A DNA stretch of 64,000 bases, taken from Chrysomallon squamiferum (taxonomy: Eukaryota; Animalia; Mollusca). The stretch's first letter is position 1. Each line of letters opens with the position of its first letter. The DNA is taken from NCBI GenBank assembly GCA_012295275.1, contig CM022673.1:8122001-8186000 (forward strand), given 5' to 3'. Positions 49,385 through 64,000 of the stretch are shown here, in pieces. Below the pieces are notes generated by a model that worked only from the letters and a program-made list of their open reading frames with translations, was not told the origin of the DNA and did no database searches. The translations under genes and the position numbers were made by a program.

Positions 49385-52300
49385 TTTATTTTTTTATATA
49401 TTTTAAAAAAACTTACTGTAGCAATACTTATAAACTTTGAGAACTGATCATCAGCACAAATGTGATTGTAACATTCCTTAAGAGCTTTCTGTCTCAGACC
49501 GGAACTATGGAAGACCTCGTACCAGTCAAGGAAAACTGAAAACAAAACTATACATTAAAAAAACAAACAAAAAACATCACATTTCTTTTTAAAAATTTTA
49601 AATTTTTGTTTTAATTTTTAATTTTTTAAATTTCTAGTCTGGAAATAATTAATCCCTATAGTCTAAAATTTATAGATAAATACAAAATTTATAAATCTGT
49701 TTTGCAATTGTTTAGAAAGAAGCGCCCAGAAAGGAGTATTCAACAAACAATTAAAATTTTCGAATTTTATTCTTTTCAGTACGATAACTTATAAAAAGAA
49801 ATCATCTCAAGAAAAGTAGAAAAAATAAAAAAAAAAAATTAATTACATTTCAAATTATAATCATATTATAATGAAAACAAGACAAAACAAATTTAAAAAA
49901 AAAAGAAGAAAGAAATGATATTTAACTCACAGAACGCAGTATCGAGTAACCAGCTGTGAGGTGTGTAGAGATCGGTAGAAGACACATTGTTTTTCTGTGC
50001 TGGCCAGTTGATTGTATCATAGTCCTCCACATACAACTCCTGTGACAACACAGTTAACAATCGACTAACATAATAAAAAATACATTTACCATTCTTCCAC
50101 GAACATAAAATTTAATATACGTATAATCAGTGAAAACATAAATTATTTAAGTTAATAACAAATTCTCAGAATTTTGATTTAGAGAGACCTGTCTATATAT
50201 TTATATGTTATGAGTTAATATATTTATGTATGTTACAAATTATATTCAATAATAAAATATGTATTTTTCTACGTTTTCAGAAAGGTTTACCAAAAGAAAC
50301 AAAATGAATGATGACATCAATGATATTTATATAATAACAATAATATATTAATTCCATAAAACAAGCCATACTTTGCGAAGATTAACAGTAAACTCATCTT
50401 CAGGACGAGTGATTCGTTTTCCATAACAGAAAGACATTGATAAAAATATCTGTCTACAGTGACACCATAGTTTAGATGGATGCATTGGAAGCCAGTGTGG
50501 TAAAATCCTGTAAAACATATCTTAGATATTAATTCACTTAAAAAAAAAAAAATAACAATAAAATAAAAATAAAAATATAAAAGTTGAGGAGATAGTATAG
50601 AAACTGTTATGTTGATAATTTCAGTGTATAACAATGCTGTTAAGAATCTTGCAGCCTTAAATCGTTATTGTGTATGTTTTATTATATTTGTTCGTTTTTT
50701 GTTCATTTGTTTGTATATTTTATTTATTTATTTATTTATTTATTGTTTATTTATTTGTTTTTGGTTAACAAGATAGAATAAAGCCTTTTAAGATTCCTAA
50801 AATTAGATAAATGTAGATAAATAAAGATAATAGGACTACACTTTATAAAAAGCGTGTAAAATATAAAATTATATAATAGTATGAAATGTATTAAAACGAT
50901 ATCTTCTATTCGCCATCTCACCAGAGTTCTGGGAAAAGAGAATGCATGCCATCCCAACTGTATAAGTTTAGAATTGCCAACAAAAACTTCCCAAAGGAAC
51001 TAACAACACATGCACCTCCTGAAATCAGATGAAAAAAAAAAAAATCATTTTAAGAAATGATAAACGAATATGAATGCTAATCTGGACAGTAAACAATCAA
51101 GATTAAGTTTTCAAATCTTAAATCCACTGAATGGAATTATTATACAGTGGTACCTTGACTTATGAGTTTAATTCGTTCTGTGACTGAGCTCGTATCTCAA
51201 TTTGCTCGTATATCAAATCAATTTTCCCAAATGAAATGAACTGAAATACCATTAATTCGTACCAACCTCCCAGAAACCACCCCAATTTTTATAATGTGTT
51301 TTTAAATAAGAAAAATGTATGTATAAATGACAGATATTGTATTAAAAAACAATAAAAGAGAATGTAAAGAAATAAAATGTACAGGATTAGGGTTTCTCCA
51401 TCTTTTCATGGACAGAGGTCCGCAGCTTAAAATGAAATAATATATTTTTATAGAAAACAAATCGTATGTATGTATGTATGTATGTATGTATGTATGTATG
51501 TATGTATGTATGTATGTATGTATGTATGTATGTTTGTATGTATGTATGTATTTATGTATGTATTTAATTATTACATTATTTTATTTTCTCTGAAGAATCA
51601 AATGGATTTATTAAGATGTTGTAATTTGTAATTTAACAAACATACCAAGTCGATGAAGCATTGTGCGAGCTTTTACAAGGACCAAATCATTGGAAGGAAC
51701 ACCAAGAATTCTCATTGTTACATAATTGAGAGCACATCCAAACGCAGTAGGCGGTCCCTCTGTGTGCCTAAAATAACAACAGTGCAGGAGGATATCACGA
51801 AAGTTTAAAATCTTTTATGTTTATATCGAGACTTTTTTTTTTAGTTTTCATTGAAAAGACAATCATTTAATACCTATACTTTAAATTTTGTAACTTCGAC
51901 CAATAAACTGTCATACTGTTGGAATCAGTGAAAAAAAAAAAACATCTGTTTAAAATGTTAATTAGAAAATAATAAAATTACAAAGGGAAGATAACTCACA
52001 GTCCCCAGCCTCCATCAGGACATTGTACAGATTGCAAATATCTGATCATTTCAAGTTGATTAGCTTTGGGTATTGTGGTTCCAGTAATGTAACATGCGAT
52101 GACCATAGCTGAAATCAGATTTATTAAAATAATAATAATTATTACTCTGGTGTTATTTCACTTATACATTAACGTACAGTTTACAAATATAAACATATAT
52201 ATCAGTTCAGATACAAGTATTTATAATATAAAAAATTCGGATTTTTTGCATTGTTATGTTACAGGAATTGTAAAATTTGCTAGAATAATAAACAAAATCA

Positions 52301-53484
52301 TGACTTGTTTGTTCACACCAGTGGAGACCTTCACTTTAAAAAACGCACAGATGAATCAGTTATGTGCAAGAAAGATAATTTTTTTTTTATTAATCTAACT
52401 ATCATTAAACAGATAAATACATACTCTTTTTATGATTTATTTCATCAATATTTTTTTCAACATTTTTGCTGTGCCATAAAAATATTTAATATTTGCGAAG
52501 TGACACACATAATTTATTCAGATATCCCGAACAGTCTGAGGACACATCTATTTTGCATATGATGTACTTTATCCAACTGTTCTGCATTTTTGTTTCGTTA
52601 CAGTTTTAAACTTAAATAACAAGAGCATTTGTCAATAAATAAAATTTAATAACAACAGTTTTCAAATAGGCAAAATATAATTATTAATCGGTTAAAATAA
52701 TAATTTCGGTACTTTAAATATTTTTCAGAAAATGTTAACATGTAAATATTTAAAATATTTACTTGGCATAAGATGCAGTGGTCCTGAAGAGTCTCCAGCC
52801 CAGTGTCCATCTTCTACTTGTAACTTTGAGTAAAACTTCATTCCATTGTAAGCAGCTTCCTGTGCTGTCTTAGCTTCTTTCAAAGCAGGAGCCAAACTGC
52901 TCTGTAAAACCAGTAAAGCTGTTTTTTTATTTTACATGTTTCTGATCAAGTGTTACAAATAAATAATTATTAATCTGTTCAGTTTTTTTTTTTTTTTTTT
53001 GTTATTATTCGAATATTCTTTAGAAAGATTTCTACAAGTTCTCCAAAATAGACATTTTGGTTATATAATGTTTCAGTTTTGAAAGACTTCATTGATTGAA
53101 ATGCTGTTAGGTCACAAATTGCTTTCTATATGCAGAAAATCTGAATTGAAAACACGAAAGTTTATTAACATGAAAACTTTTTGTATATTAATCTATTTTT
53201 AATCAATTTATTTCTTTTATTATTACTCTCTTTATTTCTAATTTTTAAGTTTATTTATTTTAAAACCGCATTATATTTAAAAGACAATATACTGTGTCAA
53301 GTCCCAGCGCATGTTTTTCAAATAATGTCTGTTCTCTGTCTGGTTCCTCTCCTTCTGCAAAAAAATGCCACGTTTGTCTCCCTTCAACACATGTCAGGCG
53401 CCATCTAGTGAGATCGGTGGCTGGTTCAGTTTTATACGGACCACCACGATTCCTTCTCATTGTATTAGCATACTTGTATGGCAT
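44398..53484 (-). CDS. LSS: Oxidosqualene cyclase, copy B (734 aa, intact frame, remodelled active site)
   Basis: Exons 53484-53293, 52901-52763, 52108-52000, 51767-51646, 51018-50922, 50507-50372, 50039-49931, 49535-49417, 48455-48358, 47819-47792, 47473-47417, 47279-47157, 46819-46670, 46310-46214, 45727-45304, 44972-44894, 44523-44398. Every exon has the same length as in copy A, all are GT-AG, and there are no stops. DCTAE, H232-, W387-, W581-equivalents and QW repeats are retained. Confidence 0.95.
51145..51380 (+). mobile_element. Truncated pogo/Tigger-like DNA transposon end in LSS copy B intron 4
   Basis: It begins TA|CAGTGGTACCTTGACTTATGAGTTTAATTCGTT, a Tigger-type terminus after TA. 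It is absent at the paralogous position of copy A. No matching right TIR was seen. Confidence 0.55.
51464..51562. repeat. (GTAT)n microsatellite
   Basis: Direct reading of the sequence. Confidence 0.95.
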
Positions 53485-53605
53485 TTTTGTTTTCAGTCTA
53501 AAAATACTATAAACATAAATTATAGAGTAATTATGAAATTAATAAAAATAAATAAAATAAATTAATATCTTGATTATAGATTATAATTATTTTACTTATA
53601 TTTGT

Positions 53606-53706
<101 letters not shown>

Positions 53707-54025
53707 CAGTTGAATAAATGAATAAGAACTACTTTTTCTGCTCTCACTGCGGGCTGCTTTCTGTTACGATCGTATTAATAGGCAGTCAACAGAGGCTACA
53801 TCTAGAAGTATATCTATATAAAATTATTTAATTTATAGCTGAGACCAAACTTACTTCTGTATTTTATATAAAAACATCATCAAAAAATTAATACCTTTCT
53901 ACTGTCTTGAAACTTTCACTTTCATTGCTTGTATGTTCTCTTGAAAAGAAACTTGCAGCCTTTCCGTTCGTGTGCTATTCACCAGATAAATCTTTTATTT
54001 TGGAACAGGCGATTATCTAACCCCA

Positions 54026-54057
54026 TGGCCCCACCTAACAGAACCAATCATAAGCCT
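54026..54057 (-). promoter_or_regulatory. Conserved promoter block of LSS copy B
   Basis: Identical to 41367-41398; contains CCAAT. Confidence 0.5.
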
Positions 54058-54465
54058 TTGTTTCAAGGACGGCTAAAAAGTGCTTTAGCACCAAACTACA
54101 ACCGTCTTTATGGGATTTTTTTATTTTTAATTTTTTTTTTTCTATTATTATTATTAGAGGACGTATTTAATTATTTAGTAAGTTAAATTAAACGTTTTGA
54201 AATGTCAAAAAAATGTCATTTCTGTGCAATAAATATAATTTAAAAGTGTAGTTTTTATTTCAAAAATGTGCTAAAGTGCAAGAATTAAAGTGCAGGTGCA
54301 GGTGTGCACGTTCGCAGCAGACAGTGTACGTGTAACACATTTTACCAAATCACAAATCAATACACGCATGTTTTTAATTTTTTAAGTTCATTTTTTATTT
54401 TTATTTTTTTATTATTATTATCATTATTATTTCAATTTTTAAATACACGTATTATTAACAACCGT

Positions 54466-56871
<2,406 letters not shown>

Positions 56872-57183
56872 GAAACTATATTTGTGTTCTATATTTGCAT
56901 ATGGTTCAGGTCTCTGCGATATATTTTTACTGTAATGCAAGTATATATATATGCATTCATCTTCTTCTTTTTTTCTATAATGTCCTACAGTTCATCAGAA
57001 AATACAGCAAACAATAATAAAAAAACAAAAAGAAATGAATACAAAAAAAATACTGAGTAATCGCCACGATCCCATTTCTTGAAGTGCATGTAATGACAGA
57101 TCGGCGACTACCTCATGAATATTAATATTTCTGTAGAAACCGATCCGTGATTATTTATAATAATAGAAACGTCGATCACAAAG

Positions 57184-57224
57184 TGACGCGTCCTACACGC
57201 CCCCTCCTAGATGTCTTTTAAATA
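57184..57224 (+). promoter_or_regulatory. Putative promoter of the neuropeptide gene (CRE half-site TGACG, TATA-like TTTAAATA)
   Basis: TGACG lies at 57184 and TTTAAATA at 57217-57224, 40-80 bp upstream of ATG 57264. Confidence 0.35.
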
Positions 57225-57263
57225 CAACAAATTGTCGTCTGCTCATTACCGATTTGCATCATC

Positions 57264-63456
<6,193 letters not shown>

Positions 63457-64000
63457 CACCAGATGTTTTGGTCGCGGGAGGTTTAGAATCGAACAGTCTG
63501 CGACATTCATCAACATAAACGAAACAAAATTGCTGCATTAAATACATGTACAGAAGGATAATTGTTTGAACGTGTGATATTCATTTTATTTAATTCTGTT
63601 TCATTTTGATTCCAAATGTCAAAGAATTCTGAAAAGAAATAATCTTCTATTTACTTATTTAATATAAATAATTTCAGTTGATTTGTATAAAAAGATTCTG
63701 TGCTTGTTTGTAAAGAAATAAAATTTTATAAACAAAAAAAATAAAAATAAACTGCATGTGTTAGTGTACAGTAACATAAATGAATAAACCAGTATTACAG
63801 AATGTCTAACTCAAACCATTACATTACAAATGAACTTATAATATTAAATTAATCATTAATGCAATAAGAGAGAACAGAAGTTTTGTTGTTTTTTTTTTTT
63901 TTTTTCATACCACAATAATAAGAATTATGTTGCTTATAAATACCAAATGGGTATATTATATTCCAATAACCTTTGTCGTAGTTACCCTCACATCAATTCA

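Noticed and set aside
44398-53484. LSS copy B as a pseudogene or uncollapsed allele
   Set aside because: All 17 exons are intact with canonical splice sites, the changes cluster at cavity residues, and the introns carry different TE insertions.

Overview
AT-rich, intron-rich animal genomic DNA. It is probably a mollusc or other lophotrochozoan (inference from protein similarity and repeat content). The first 29 kb are gene-dense and hold five spliced genes: GARS1 (-, 3'-truncated by the window edge) head-to-head with OSGEPL1 (+), RBM48 (+), and NMT (-) head-to-head with EFCAB1/calaxin (+). Four of these carry single-base indels in short homopolymers, probably assembly errors. From 29 to 54 kb lies a tandem duplication of a complete 17-coding-exon oxidosqualene cyclase (lanosterol synthase-like) gene. 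Both copies have intact 734-codon frames, identical exon lengths and the DCTAE motif. The second copy has replaced many invariant active-site residues (equivalents of human Y98, W192, Y237, G336/P337, T381, Y503, F696), and the first copy is also non-canonical. This suggests a neofunctionalised triterpene-cyclase pair and is the main finding. The microsatellite-rich last 10 kb hide a two-exon neuropeptide precursor (signal peptide, KR, 30-aa peptide ending SLRFGA-GKR) that the ORF track misses. Several Tc1/mariner relics and MITEs are also present. All exon structures were derived by hand; no database searches were run.
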